64,000 bases of DNA from Candidatus Staskawiczbacteria bacterium (lineage in GTDB: Bacteria > Patescibacteriota > Minisyncoccia > Minisyncoccales > Staskawiczbacteraceae), in the NCBI GenBank assembly GCA_026395295.1, contig JAPLYZ010000006.1, positions 21,836-85,835 on the forward strand, written 5' to 3'. This document shows positions 35,125-44,431 of the stretch, piece by piece. The notes under the pieces were generated by a model. That model ran no database searches. It had not been told where the DNA came from and saw only the letters and a program-made list of their open reading frames with translations. The stretch's first letter is position 1. Each line of letters opens with the position of its first letter. A program made the translations under genes and the position numbers.

Positions 35125-35165
35125 GGACTACAAAAAGTTTATTGCCTCGCTTACACGATAATTTT

Positions 35166-35591
35166 ATGGCAAAAGAATTAAAAGCAGTAGTAAAAATACA
35201 AATTCCGGCAGGGAAAGCAACACCGGCTCCTCCAATAGGGCCTGCGTTGGCTCAGCATGGTTTGAACATTGCTGAGTTCTGTCAGAAGTTTAATGCCGCC
35301 ACTCAGCAGATGGTTGGTTTTACAATCCCGGCAGAGGTTACAATTTACAAAGACAGGTCTTACACCTTTAAACTAAAAACACCTTTGGCGTCTGAGTTGA
35401 TTAAAAAAGCCATAGGAATTGAAAAGGGGTCCGGCGCGCCCAACAAAACAAAGGTGGGTAAGATAACCAAGTCGCAGTTGAAAGAAATTGCGGTAAAGAA
35501 AATGCCCGACTTGAACACCACAGACATTGAGCAGGCGATTAAAATAATTGCCGGCACCGCCAAAAACATGGGAGTGGAGGTAAAAGACTAA
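35166..35591 (+). CDS. rplK: 50S ribosomal protein L11
   Basis: [35 protein letters not shown]... The internal ATG at 35166 is preferred. Confidence 0.95.
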   Translation: MAKELKAVVKIQIPAGKATPAPPIGPALAQHGLNIAEFCQKFNAATQQMVGFTIPAEVTIYKDRSYTFKLKTPLASELIKKAIGIEKGSGAPNKTKVGKITKSQLKEIAVKKMPDLNTTDIEQAIKIIAGTAKNMGVEVKD

Positions 35592-35600
35592 ATGTAAATT

Positions 35601-35630
35601 AAAAGCCACTGGCAACAACCAGTGGTTTTT
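35601..35630. terminator. Bidirectional terminator directly after rplK
   Basis: aaaa, then gccactgg-caacaa-ccagtgg, then ttttt. Confidence 0.75.
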
Positions 35631-35636
35631 GTATTG

Positions 35637-36311
35637 CTATCTGGTGATGAATGACAATTGCTGGGTTACTGATACATTCCCGGAAGCATCTGTTGCTCGG
35701 ATAATGTAATAGTATGTTGTGTTGGTTTGCAGATTACCAAGGGTGACACTTTGGGCATTTGCCGCATATGCTGTTGAAACGTTCAAACCTCCTAATATCG
35801 TCGGATTAGAGAAGTTTCCAACTGCTTCTGTAACACTAAATGGGTATGTGCTGTAGAATACCACTCCTGAAGCATATCCTGTGGCAGTCCAATTAATTGT
35901 GGCGCTATTGGAGAATGTTTGTACAGATGTATCGTATATTGTTGGTCCATATACATCTATGCCATATTGTCTTGCCATGGTGTTGTTAATTGACGCAAAA
36001 GTTGCCGGTCCTACATTTCCTAACGTTTGGATTCCATAGCTCAATTGGTATTGCTGAACCGCGGCTTCTGTTAATGGTCCATAATATCCTGTAACTCTTC
36101 CCGAAGGATAAATGTCGGAATTTGATGCCAAGAATATTTGTAATTTGGAAACATCGCTTCCTGTAGATCCTACTCCCATGTGCACGATAAGGGGTGTATT
36201 GGCAGATACTGTGAAATATCCATTGCTGGCTGATACAAGTCCTGCTGACATTAACAATGATGCTACTGCTATAGCCGATGTGACGACTATTGTTTTAATT
36301 TTTGTGTTCAT
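35637..36311 (-). CDS. Secreted protein: peptidoglycan-binding domain plus a fibronectin-III-like domain
   Basis: Signal peptide. GSDVSKLQIFLASN...GYYGPLTEAAVQQYQ is PG_binding_1-like. The C-terminal TINWTATGYASGVVFYS...TTYYYIIRATDASGN is FN3-like. Confidence 0.75.
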   Translation of the reverse strand: MNTKIKTIVVTSAIAVASLLMSAGLVSASNGYFTVSANTPLIVHMGVGSTGSDVSKLQIFLASNSDIYPSGRVTGYYGPLTEAAVQQYQLSYGIQTLGNVGPATFASINNTMARQYGIDVYGPTIYDTSVQTFSNSATINWTATGYASGVVFYSTYPFSVTEAVGNFSNPTILGGLNVSTAYAANAQSVTLGNLQTNTTYYYIIRATDASGNVSVTQQLSFITR

Positions 36312-36443
36312 ATGTTTTTTTCACTATTTATATGTGTAAAGAATTTATTAGTGAAATTTTTATTGTGTTCTGTATCGGCACAAACTCGACTTTACTGCTT
36401 ATCTGTGCCTTACATAAATGATGCCGTTCGCATAACTGGTATA

Positions 36444-36776
36444 TTACAGCCCTATTTCTTTGGCGATATTTTTCCAATGGCCCTTCAGCTCGTCTGAAAA
36501 TTCTGCGACATCTTTTTTGTTTATATTTTTTAATACCTGGTATTTTCCAGAAACTTCTTTTATAATTTTTTTATAAGCGCTCTCGCTGATCTCGGAAAGA
36601 TTCTCCAATTGTTCTAATACTTCGCCTTTTGCCTTAAGCATCCATGCTTTTATTTTCTTGCGGTTCTTTGCAGAGTCTTTTGCGCCGTAAAGAAAATAAG
36701 TCCCGGCTATTGCGGCGGCCACTGTCGCAACGCCCGCTCCCACAGCCGCGCCTTTAATTATTTGATGGTTTTTCAT
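36444..36776 (-). CDS. YtxH-like small membrane-associated protein
   Basis: Gly/Ala-rich N-terminal helix (GAAVGAGVATVAAAIAG) followed by a charged helical region. Confidence 0.55.
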   Translation of the reverse strand: MKNHQIIKGAAVGAGVATVAAAIAGTYFLYGAKDSAKNRKKIKAWMLKAKGEVLEQLENLSEISESAYKKIIKEVSGKYQVLKNINKKDVAEFSDELKGHWKNIAKEIGL

Positions 36777-36788
36777 ATTTTTTAGTTT

Positions 36789-37070
36789 TTAATTATTTTT
36801 TTTCGACCTTTTACCACGATTTTTTAGAAACGATATTATGCTGGAAACAAAAGAAATAATTATAGCTTCTCCGCCCTTAATTTTGTCACGCGCGCTTTCT
36901 AGGTCATCTGCAATTTTTTTCGATTCATTTTTGATTATCTCCAGAAAATAAAGCACATTTTTTAAAATTGAGATAGTATAAGCTATCAAGATTACAAAAA
37001 TTGCTAAAATAAAGATTAGAAAAATGCTAATGACAGAGAATAAAATGTTTGTAATAATTGTTGTGTCCAT
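36789..37070 (-). CDS. DUF948-like small membrane protein
   Basis: N-terminal TM helix followed by a charged helix. It pairs with the YtxH-like gene, as is often seen. Confidence 0.5.
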   Translation of the reverse strand: MDTTIITNILFSVISIFLIFILAIFVILIAYTISILKNVLYFLEIIKNESKKIADDLESARDKIKGGEAIIISFVSSIISFLKNRGKRSKKNN

Positions 37071-37103
37071 AGTCCTATGTTTTTAAATAGTCGAAAATAA
37101 AGT

Positions 37104-37697
37104 CTATTTAGACTTTTTGAGACCATTGACCTCTCTTTCCAATTTTTTAACATACTCTTCCAGTTTTAGGGTTCTTTCTGAAAATTTTTCTTCAAGGTTT
37201 TTCGTGTGTCCTACAAGGGTTTCGGCAATGATCATCATATCGGTAATGTCTTCAATCGCGAGAAGTATAATGGGGGGAAAAGCCTTCGAAGTGGCCCCGT
37301 CATCTTTGGCAAAATGAATTTGGCGGGCATTCAGAACCATTACCTTATGTCCTATAAAAGGAAAGTCGTGGATAACTTCAAAACCCTTAAAAAATGTATT
37401 TTTAGGCAGAATATCTTCAAGAAGTTTTTTCAAAGCGGGAATATTCCATTGACCATCTCCAAGTTCGTATACAACCTTGCTTTCCGTATCTGCCGGCTCT
37501 ACGTGAAATGTCCTGTAAAAAGGTTCATTGGCAACCAGCACTCGAAAATCCTTGTCAAGAACCAAAACAGGTTCTCGCACAACGTCTACTACGGTTTTAA
37601 TATATGACCATGATCTTTCCCACAGTTTTTCGAAAAAATCAGCGCTTATAACTGTTTGATTTATTTGGGTATCTATTTTCATGTTTTTTATTTTCAT
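37104..37697 (-). CDS. Stand-alone PAS-domain protein with a C-terminal coiled coil
   Basis: REPVLVLDKDFRVLVANEPFYRTFHV...VMVLNARQI...ILLAIEDITD. No output domain. Confidence 0.7.
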   Translation of the reverse strand: MKIKNMKIDTQINQTVISADFFEKLWERSWSYIKTVVDVVREPVLVLDKDFRVLVANEPFYRTFHVEPADTESKVVYELGDGQWNIPALKKLLEDILPKNTFFKGFEVIHDFPFIGHKVMVLNARQIHFAKDDGATSKAFPPIILLAIEDITDMMIIAETLVGHTKNLEEKFSERTLKLEEYVKKLEREVNGLKKSK

Positions 37698-37957
37698 AAC
37701 ATTACGCCGAAAGAGAGTTTAAATTATTACAAGCTAAAAAACGGCGTGTGTCCGTATCTATCATATTGATAGTGTGCTATGCTTAGCTCCCCCGGCACCT
37801 TACAGTAATATTGTAATGTAAACGTAACTAAATATTCGTGAAATCATGCTTATTATTTATAATTTGTAATATTAGTGTAATATAATCTCAGTTTGTACGG
37901 CGTAATTTATCTGACCTAAAAAGGTCTAAAAAATATATCGCTACGCTATGTAAACTT

Positions 37958-38475
37958 ATGACAGAAACACAAGAAACACAATTAAGAGCAATATTGACTT
38001 CGGCTCACCTCAACTACGAGAAGAAGCTTAATTTACATGCCTGTTTTAAGCTGAGCGACTGTTCTCTTGGAGAAGATTTGGTGCAGGATACTTTTTTGAA
38101 AACATGGATTTACCTTGTTAGGGGGGGAAGATCGATATAATGAGATCCTTTCTCTACCATATATTAAATGACCTCATTATTGACGAATATAGAAAACACA
38201 AGACACATTCTTCTTTAAACAATCTTATGGAAAAAGGTTTTGAGCCAACAAGCGCCGGTAGCCCCGAGCGTTTTTTTAACTTTCTGGACGGCAAGGCCTC
38301 ACTTCTTTTGATCAGTCGGTTGCCAGAAACATATCAGAAGGTTATGCATATGCGATATATCCAGGAACTATCAATAAAAGAAATGTCGCTGATTACAGGA
38401 CAATCAAAAAATAGTATTACTGTGAAGGCTCATAGGGGGTTAAAAAAATTAAAAAAATTATATGAAAATCAATAA
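37958..38475 (+). CDS. ECF-type sigma-70 factor split into two frames at a G7 run (needs a -1 frameshift or one extra G)
   Basis: Part 1 (37958-38140) ends ...DLVQDTFLKTWIYLVRGGRSI*. Part 2 (38140-38475) starts MRSFLYHILNDLIIDEYRK (region 2) and ends with a region-4 HTH (LSIKEMSLITGQSKNSITVKAHRGLKKL). The G run is at 38121-38127. Confidence 0.75.
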
Positions 38476-39661
38476 AATAGTAAAATTTTATTTTGGAATA
38501 GGTATATTATTATTTTTATCTGTGTTATGGACGACCCCCATTTTCGCTGATAAAAGTCCGGCTGGTTGTACGGGTAGTGGTTTAGGAATTAACCTATATG
38601 CAGACGTGCAGGAGGTTCACATTGGCGATACTATTTTTTACAGCATAGATGTTTTTAATGGCGCTAACAGCGGGCCTGTTGTTTGCGATGCTTCTGAAAT
38701 TCAAGCCTCTATTGTCACCCCTGATGGCATAACTCATCCCATTGCACTGCTACGAACATTACTATTAAGCGGCCAAACTGATTCTTATCCAAATGTCATA
38801 CCCTATACTGCGATGGCACAAGATGTCAAAACTGATGGAACATTAGCAGCTACCGCGAGTGATACGGGAAACATTCATCAAAACGACACTAACAGCCAAG
38901 GAGGTGGCAATCAGGGAGTAAATGTGAGAGTTATTGGCGTTCTCGTTGCGCCTCCTTTGAACCAGCCGAGTGGAGGGGGAGGTGGTGGCGGAAGCGAAGT
39001 TAGTTATAACCCCATCCCGCCCGTTGCAGCTGTTGCTCCGCCAGTAACGTCCACTTTGATACCTGTAATACCGGTAAATCCGTTGCCTCCACCCATTGTT
39101 AAAGAAGAGATTGTTGCGGTTCCGGTGAAATTGCCGAACACAGGATTCTCTCCAGAGAATAAGGATATTTTATGGAATAAGGCTAACGAAATTATCCCAC
39201 AGAAGCAAGCTGGCACAGATAATTCGAGCCGCCTTAAAATTCCAAAAATAAATGTTAATGCGGTAGTTGGCAATGCGGGTCTTACTAATAAAGGGTCAGT
39301 AGGTGTACCCAACAACGGGACAGATGTGGCATGGTTTGATGCTGGTCCGCGCCCCGGAGAAACAGGTACGGCAATTATTGTTGGGCATTACGGTCCGTGG
39401 AAAAATGGACAAGGCTCGGTGTTTGATAACTTGAATAAATTGAAAAAAGGGGACAAATTGTATGTAGAAGACAGAAAAAGCGCGACTATTGTTTTTATAG
39501 TGCGCGAAATTAAAAGTTACGACCAAAATGCAACCACCCCGGAAGTGTTCAATTCAAGCGATGGAAAAGCTCATCTTAACTTAATAACTTGCCAAGGAAT
39601 TTGGAATCAAGCGCAAAAAACTTACTCCAATCGACTTGTTGTGTTTGCTGATAAAGAATAG
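38462..39661 (+). CDS. Secreted DUF11-like domain / Pro-Gly linker / LPNTG motif / class F-like sortase fusion
   Basis: Signal/TM peptide. The sortase core has IVGHYG (His), LNLITCQG (Cys) and NRLVVFA (Arg). An internal VKLPNTGFS precedes the catalytic domain. The gene overlaps the end of the sigma gene by 14 nt. Confidence 0.75.
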   Translation: MKINKIVKFYFGIGILLFLSVLWTTPIFADKSPAGCTGSGLGINLYADVQEVHIGDTIFYSIDVFNGANSGPVVCDASEIQASIVTPDGITHPIALLRTLLLSGQTDSYPNVIPYTAMAQDVKTDGTLAATASDTGNIHQNDTNSQGGGNQGVNVRVIGVLVAPPLNQPSGGGGGGGSEVSYNPIPPVAAVAPPVTSTLIPVIPVNPLPPPIVKEEIVAVPVKLPNTGFSPENKDILWNKANEIIPQKQAGTDNSSRLKIPKINVNAVVGNAGLTNKGSVGVPNNGTDVAWFDAGPRPGETGTAIIVGHYGPWKNGQGSVFDNLNKLKKGDKLYVEDRKSATIVFIVREIKSYDQNATTPEVFNSSDGKAHLNLITCQGIWNQAQKTYSNRLVVFADKE

Positions 39662-39689
39662 AAATTATGGCACAGATGTAATTTAAAAA

Positions 39690-39715
39690 TCAAGCGCGAA
39701 AAACGCTTGATTTTT
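39690..39715 (+). terminator. Intrinsic terminator
   Basis: tcaagcg-cgaaaaa-cgcttga followed by ttttt. Confidence 0.75.
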
Positions 39716-39776
39716 GTTTTACGAAAATGGTAGAATTACAATAGTCAATTTAATGAATTAATTTAACGTAAAAAAT

Positions 39777-40277
39777 ATGGATGAAGCAAAAGAAAAATAT
39801 GTGAGACCCGGTTGGGACGAATATTTTTTGAATTTATTAGAACCAATAGCCAGAAGAGGGTCCTGTGACAGAGGAAGAAGCGGATCGGTTATTGTAGGTC
39901 CAGGTCATACAATTATAGCAACGGGATATGTTGGCGCGCCTCCTGGACAACCGCATTGTGATGATGTTGGGCACTTGATGAGAACAGTTATTGATGAAAA
40001 TGGAAATCAGTCCCAACATTGTGTTAGAACTTTGCATGCTGAAGAAAACGCAATTTTACAGTGCGCAAAAGACGGAATAAAGGTTGAAGGGGCAACTATT
40101 TATTGTAAAATGGTGCCTTGTTATAACTGCGCAATGAGAATTGTTAGAGTGGGAATTAAAAAAGTTGTAGCTCAAAAGAGATACCATGCCGACGGGTTAT
40201 CTCTAAAATTGTTTAAAGATGCCGGCGTTGAGCTGGCGGTAATTGATAATTCAGTGGAATCATATGACAAACAATAA
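39777..40277 (+). CDS. dCMP deaminase
   Basis: HAEENA and PCYNCA zinc motifs, about 166 aa. Confidence 0.9.
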   Translation: MDEAKEKYVRPGWDEYFLNLLEPIARRGSCDRGRSGSVIVGPGHTIIATGYVGAPPGQPHCDDVGHLMRTVIDENGNQSQHCVRTLHAEENAILQCAKDGIKVEGATIYCKMVPCYNCAMRIVRVGIKKVVAQKRYHADGLSLKLFKDAGVELAVIDNSVESYDKQ

Positions 40278-40878
40278 AGATGACGAGCAGGTTTTAGTTG
40301 TAAAATCTGATATAATTTTTGGCAATGGAAAATGGCAAGGGTTGAAAACTGATAATTTAGATTATTATGTTGATTTGATAAAGAAAAATTATGAGTTTCG
40401 TCGTCGGGGCGACGTGGAAGAAGATTCAACTTTTCAACAGATAATTCCGTACGTTATTTTCAATTTTAAAGAAAAATACTTTCTTTACAAATATTTGCCA
40501 AAAACCACAGAGAAAAGATTGGTTGACACATATCAGCTGGGCTTTGGCGGACACATAAACCCGATTGATGGTCAAGAAGGTAATATTTTGGAAGTTGGAA
40601 TGATGAGAGAGTGGTTTGAAGAAGTAGATTTCAAAGGGAATATCTTAGAAAAAAAGTTGATAGGCATTTTAAAAGATGATTCCATGTCGGTTGAAAAAGT
40701 TCATATAGGATTGGTTTATAATTTCATAGGCGACAGTCCAAATATCTTCGTAAAAGAAACGGAAAAGATGGAGGGAAGGTTAGTTGACTTAAAAGATATC
40801 GGAAAACACATTGAAGGCAACTCGGGAATTTGGGTCAAAATAGTCTACAACGAATACCTGAGAAAATTAACAAAATAA
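40264..40878 (+). CDS. Nudix-like hydrolase
   Basis: Degenerate Nudix box GFGGHINPIDGQEGNILEVGMMREWFEEV. The ATG at 40264 is preferred. Confidence 0.6.
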   Translation: MTNNKDDEQVLVVKSDIIFGNGKWQGLKTDNLDYYVDLIKKNYEFRRRGDVEEDSTFQQIIPYVIFNFKEKYFLYKYLPKTTEKRLVDTYQLGFGGHINPIDGQEGNILEVGMMREWFEEVDFKGNILEKKLIGILKDDSMSVEKVHIGLVYNFIGDSPNIFVKETEKMEGRLVDLKDIGKHIEGNSGIWVKIVYNEYLRKLTK

Positions 40879-40886
40879 ATAAAAAT

Positions 40887-41240
40887 ATGGATGAATTTTT
40901 AAAAAATTATCAAGAATTTTGCAAAAAGGTTGCTAAAAAGTTCGATGATCCGGAAAAAGAAATAATGACTTGGGGTTTGGGAATTTCAGGGGAAGCCGGA
41001 GATGTCGCTGGGTGCATTAAAAAGACGATTTCTCACAAAGATAGCCAAACATCCGGAATTAAAGAAAATTTGGGCGATACTTTGTGGTACATAGCAGCTA
41101 TTTGTAATTTTTATGATTGGAATTTGGAAGATATTATCAATGAGAACACGGAAAAGTTGAAAAAAAGATATTCAGAAGGCGTTTTTACAGAAAAAAGTGC
41201 CTGTAAACGCGAAAGAATTGATTGGAACGAGAAAAAATAA
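40887..41240 (+). CDS. MazG-family nucleotide pyrophosphohydrolase
   Basis: GLGISGEAGDVAGCIKK...LGDTLWYIAAICN is the MazG EExE-type helix pattern. The ATG at 40887 is preferred. Confidence 0.7.
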   Translation: MDEFLKNYQEFCKKVAKKFDDPEKEIMTWGLGISGEAGDVAGCIKKTISHKDSQTSGIKENLGDTLWYIAAICNFYDWNLEDIINENTEKLKKRYSEGVFTEKSACKRERIDWNEKK

Positions 41241-41249
41241 TTTTAAAAT

Positions 41250-41792
41250 ATGAAAAAAATAATTGGTTTAACCGGGGAAATTGGGTCGGGCAAGGATACT
41301 TTTTGCGGATATGTTAAAGAAAATTACAAAAATGTTTTTGTTTTAAGGTTTTCCGATGCGCTTACCGATGTTTTAAAGATATTTTTTGATTCGGTAAAAA
41401 GGGAGGACCAGCAGTGGTTAAGTCCGCTGTTGAAGCAGAGATTTGGCGAGGATATTTTGGTAAGAGCTCTTACCAAAAAAGCAAACAGCATTGGAGATGG
41501 AATTATTATTCTGAACGGGGTTAGGGCTGGCGCCGAGGCAAAAGCAATAAGAGACGCCGGCGGGAAAATCGTCTATGTGACAGCAGATCAGAAAACAAGA
41601 TGGGAAAGAGTTAAAACAAGGGGAGAAAAAGCAGACGACGACGTTCCTTTTGAAAAGTTTTTGGAATTAGAAAAAGCCGAAACAGAAATACAAATTTCTA
41701 AAATAGGCAAACAGGCGGATTACAAATTAGAAAACAACGGCTCTAAAGAAGATTTTTACAAAGAAATAAAAAAAGCGATAGATTTGTTATGA
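41250..41792 (+). CDS. P-loop (d)NMP kinase-like protein
   Basis: Walker A GLTGEIGSGKDT. Its size and context lie in the nucleotide-metabolism cluster. Confidence 0.6.
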   Translation: MKKIIGLTGEIGSGKDTFCGYVKENYKNVFVLRFSDALTDVLKIFFDSVKREDQQWLSPLLKQRFGEDILVRALTKKANSIGDGIIILNGVRAGAEAKAIRDAGGKIVYVTADQKTRWERVKTRGEKADDDVPFEKFLELEKAETEIQISKIGKQADYKLENNGSKEDFYKEIKKAIDLL

Positions 41793-42400
41793 TAAAAAAT
41801 AATTACCCGGGAAAATTTATTGTAATAGAGGGGTTAGATGGCTCGGGGAAGTCGGCGCAAGTTGACTTAGTAATAAATTATTTAAAAGAAAAAAACAAAG
41901 AGGTTGTTGTAACAAAAGAGCCAACAATGGATTCCGAGGCAGGAAGAAAAATAAAACAGGCATTAAGAAAAGAAGTTGTCGTAGAGCCTTTGGAGTTGCA
42001 GAAATTATATGTGCAGGATAGAAAAGAGCATTTGAAAAATAAAGTTGTTCCGGCGTTAAAGCAAGGGAAATTCGTTGTTTCTTCTCGCTATGCGTTTTCC
42101 ACTTTTGCCTACGGCTACTCCGACGGCTTAGGTGTTGATTTATTGGTGGAAATGAATAACGAATTTTTGTTGCCCGACCTGACCATAATAATTGATGTTT
42201 CGCCTGAATCTTGCGTTGAGAGAATTGAAAATAGGGGGGAGCCGAAAGAATTATTTGAGCAAAAAGAGAAATTGGCGAAGGTGAGTATTGTCTACAAAAA
42301 AATACCGGAAATGTTTAAAAACGCAGTTATAATTGACGGCGAACGTTCAATTCAGGAGGTTTTTGAAGACGTAAAAAAGCAAATAAGTAAATTATTATGA
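41789..42400 (+). CDS. tmk: Thymidylate kinase
   Basis: FIVIEGLDGSGKSAQ P-loop, a DR-type motif (YVQDRKEH), and typical length. Confidence 0.9.
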   Translation: MIKNNYPGKFIVIEGLDGSGKSAQVDLVINYLKEKNKEVVVTKEPTMDSEAGRKIKQALRKEVVVEPLELQKLYVQDRKEHLKNKVVPALKQGKFVVSSRYAFSTFAYGYSDGLGVDLLVEMNNEFLLPDLTIIIDVSPESCVERIENRGEPKELFEQKEKLAKVSIVYKKIPEMFKNAVIIDGERSIQEVFEDVKKQISKLL

Positions 42401-42441
42401 ACCCCGTTAGAAGTTTAATCTAATGGGGCAATAAATTAAAT

Positions 42442-43305
42442 ATGGGTCTGCACGAAAAAATAAGGCAGACTTCTAACGGGGTGAAGCAGTATTTAGATTT
42501 GTTAAAAAAAATAATGGAAGAGGGGACCGACAGGCCCGACAGAACAGGAGTGGGTTCGCGCGCAATTTTTGGGCAGTCTATGCGGTTTAATATGAAAGAT
42601 GGGTTTCCGGCAATGACAACGAAAAAATTAGCTTTTGAGGTGGTAAAGGCTGAATTGCTTTGGTTTTTGTCAGGGAGCTCGGACAATAAAGAACTCCAAA
42701 AAATGGGGTGTCATATTTGGGACGGAAATGCCAATGCCGATTACTGGAAGCCAAAAGCAAAATTTGAAGGAGATTTAGGCAGAGTCTACGGAGTTCAGTG
42801 GAGGAGCTGGAAATCGCCCTACACCGACGTGCCAATTGACCAAATAAGCAATGTTATAAACCAGTTGAAAAAAAATCCGGGCGACAGAAGGATTATTGTT
42901 TCTGCCTGGAATCCGGCAGAATTAGACATGATGGCTCTTCCGCCGTGCCATTTGCTTTTTCACTTTTTTTGCGTTGGCAAAAAACTTTCTTTGCTTATGT
43001 ACCAAAGAAGTTGCGACACTTTTCTAGGAGTGCCGTTTAACATTGCTTCGTACTCTTTATTATTACACATGGTGGCACAAGTCACAGGGTTAGAGGCCCA
43101 TGAGTTTGTGCATATTTTGGGTGATACGCACATTTATTTAAATCATTTTGAGCAGGTGAAAGAGCAAATGAGTCGCCAACCATATTCGTTGCCAAAATTA
43201 TGGTTAAACCCGGAAGTAAAAGACATTTTTAAATTTAAAATGGAGGATATAAAGTTGGTTGATTATAAATTCCACCCAACAATTAAAGCCCCCATGGCAG
43301 TATGA
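42442..43305 (+). CDS. thyA: Thymidylate synthase (ThyA)
   Basis: DRTGVGSRAIFG, LPPCHLLFHFF (catalytic Cys), MYQRSCDTFLGVPFNIASY. Confidence 0.95.
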   Translation: MGLHEKIRQTSNGVKQYLDLLKKIMEEGTDRPDRTGVGSRAIFGQSMRFNMKDGFPAMTTKKLAFEVVKAELLWFLSGSSDNKELQKMGCHIWDGNANADYWKPKAKFEGDLGRVYGVQWRSWKSPYTDVPIDQISNVINQLKKNPGDRRIIVSAWNPAELDMMALPPCHLLFHFFCVGKKLSLLMYQRSCDTFLGVPFNIASYSLLLHMVAQVTGLEAHEFVHILGDTHIYLNHFEQVKEQMSRQPYSLPKLWLNPEVKDIFKFKMEDIKLVDYKFHPTIKAPMAV

Positions 43306-43796
43306 TTTCAATGATAGCCGCGGTAGCAAAAAACAGAGTAATAGGAAACAAAAATACAATCCCATGGCACTTGCCTGCGGATTTTAAGTATTTTAAGGAA
43401 ACCACCTTGGGAAAAACCATTGTGATGGGTTTGAATACCTTTAACTCAATTGGAGGCAAACCTTTGCCCGGACGAAAGCACATAATTCTAACCAACGACC
43501 CAAATTTCGTGGCGCCACCGCAAGACTGTGTTGTTGCTCATTCAATTGAAGAGGTTTTGGCAATGGGAAAAGAAATTCCAGAGCTAATGATTTGCGGGGG
43601 AGCGTCGGTTTATAAACAATTTTTACCTTTGGCTCAAAAATTATATTTGACCTATGTGCACGCAAGCCCAGAGGGCGATACATATTTTCCTGAAGTTAAC
43701 CTGGCGGAATGGAAAGAAGTTAAAAGAGAAGACCACAAATCTGACGAAAAAAATAAACACGATTATTCATTTGTAATCTTAGAAAGAAAATTTTAA
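43302..43796 (+). CDS. folA: Dihydrofolate reductase
   Basis: MISMIAAVAKNRVIGNKNTIPWHLPADFKYFKETT..., GGASVY. It overlaps thyA by 4 nt. Confidence 0.95.
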   Translation: MISMIAAVAKNRVIGNKNTIPWHLPADFKYFKETTLGKTIVMGLNTFNSIGGKPLPGRKHIILTNDPNFVAPPQDCVVAHSIEEVLAMGKEIPELMICGGASVYKQFLPLAQKLYLTYVHASPEGDTYFPEVNLAEWKEVKREDHKSDEKNKHDYSFVILERKF

Positions 43797-43797
43797 A

Positions 43798-44421
43798 ATG
43801 TTTAAAAATATTATTTTTGACTGGTCTGGAGTCATTAGAGAGGTTTATGAGGCGCATATTTGGGTTGTTGAAAGAATGATTGAAAAATTTGGAGGCAAAC
43901 CCATGACACCCAAAGAAATAAGAGAAAATTGGGATGAGCCATACATGAAATTTTGGAATAAATATTTTCCGGACATGACCTTAGAACAAGAACAAAAAGC
44001 CTACGTTGAGGGCATTTTAGATAAAAATTGTCCCTTGGCAAAACCGTATCCTGAAATTGTGAAACTTATAAAAAAATTAAGAAGCAAGAATTTTTCAATG
44101 GCGGTATTAAGCGGCGATATGCCAGAGACGCTTTTACCCGAGATGAAAAGATTTGGTTTAGAGAATATTTTTGACGATGTCATTGCAAAAGTGCATGGTA
44201 AATTAGAACCGTTGGAAAAATTGATGGAAAAAAATAATTTTAAAAAAGAGGAGACAGTTTTCATTGGAGACAGCAACCATGAAATTGAGGCAGGCAAGGA
44301 AGCGGGAATAAAAACAATAGCCGTGACATGGGGTTTTCATTCGGAAGAAAAATTGAAAGGATTAAATCCTGACTATTTAGTCCACAATGTAAAAGAATTA
44401 GAAAATATTTTATTAAAATAA
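43798..44421 (+). CDS. HAD-superfamily phosphatase
   Basis: Motif I IIFDWSGV, motif II LSGD, motif IV GDSNHEIEAG. Confidence 0.8.
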   Translation: MFKNIIFDWSGVIREVYEAHIWVVERMIEKFGGKPMTPKEIRENWDEPYMKFWNKYFPDMTLEQEQKAYVEGILDKNCPLAKPYPEIVKLIKKLRSKNFSMAVLSGDMPETLLPEMKRFGLENIFDDVIAKVHGKLEPLEKLMEKNNFKKEETVFIGDSNHEIEAGKEAGIKTIAVTWGFHSEEKLKGLNPDYLVHNVKELENILLK

Positions 44422-44431
44422 TCTTAGTGAG

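Noticed and set aside
37700-37910. Inverted 9-mers attacgccg / cggcgtaat about 190 nt apart, plus repeated gtaatatt strings upstream of the sigma gene, as a structured regulatory element or ECF promoter.
   Set aside because: The matches are short and lie in a long AT-rich divergent spacer. No convincing AAC-N16-CGT ECF-type promoter spacing could be fitted.
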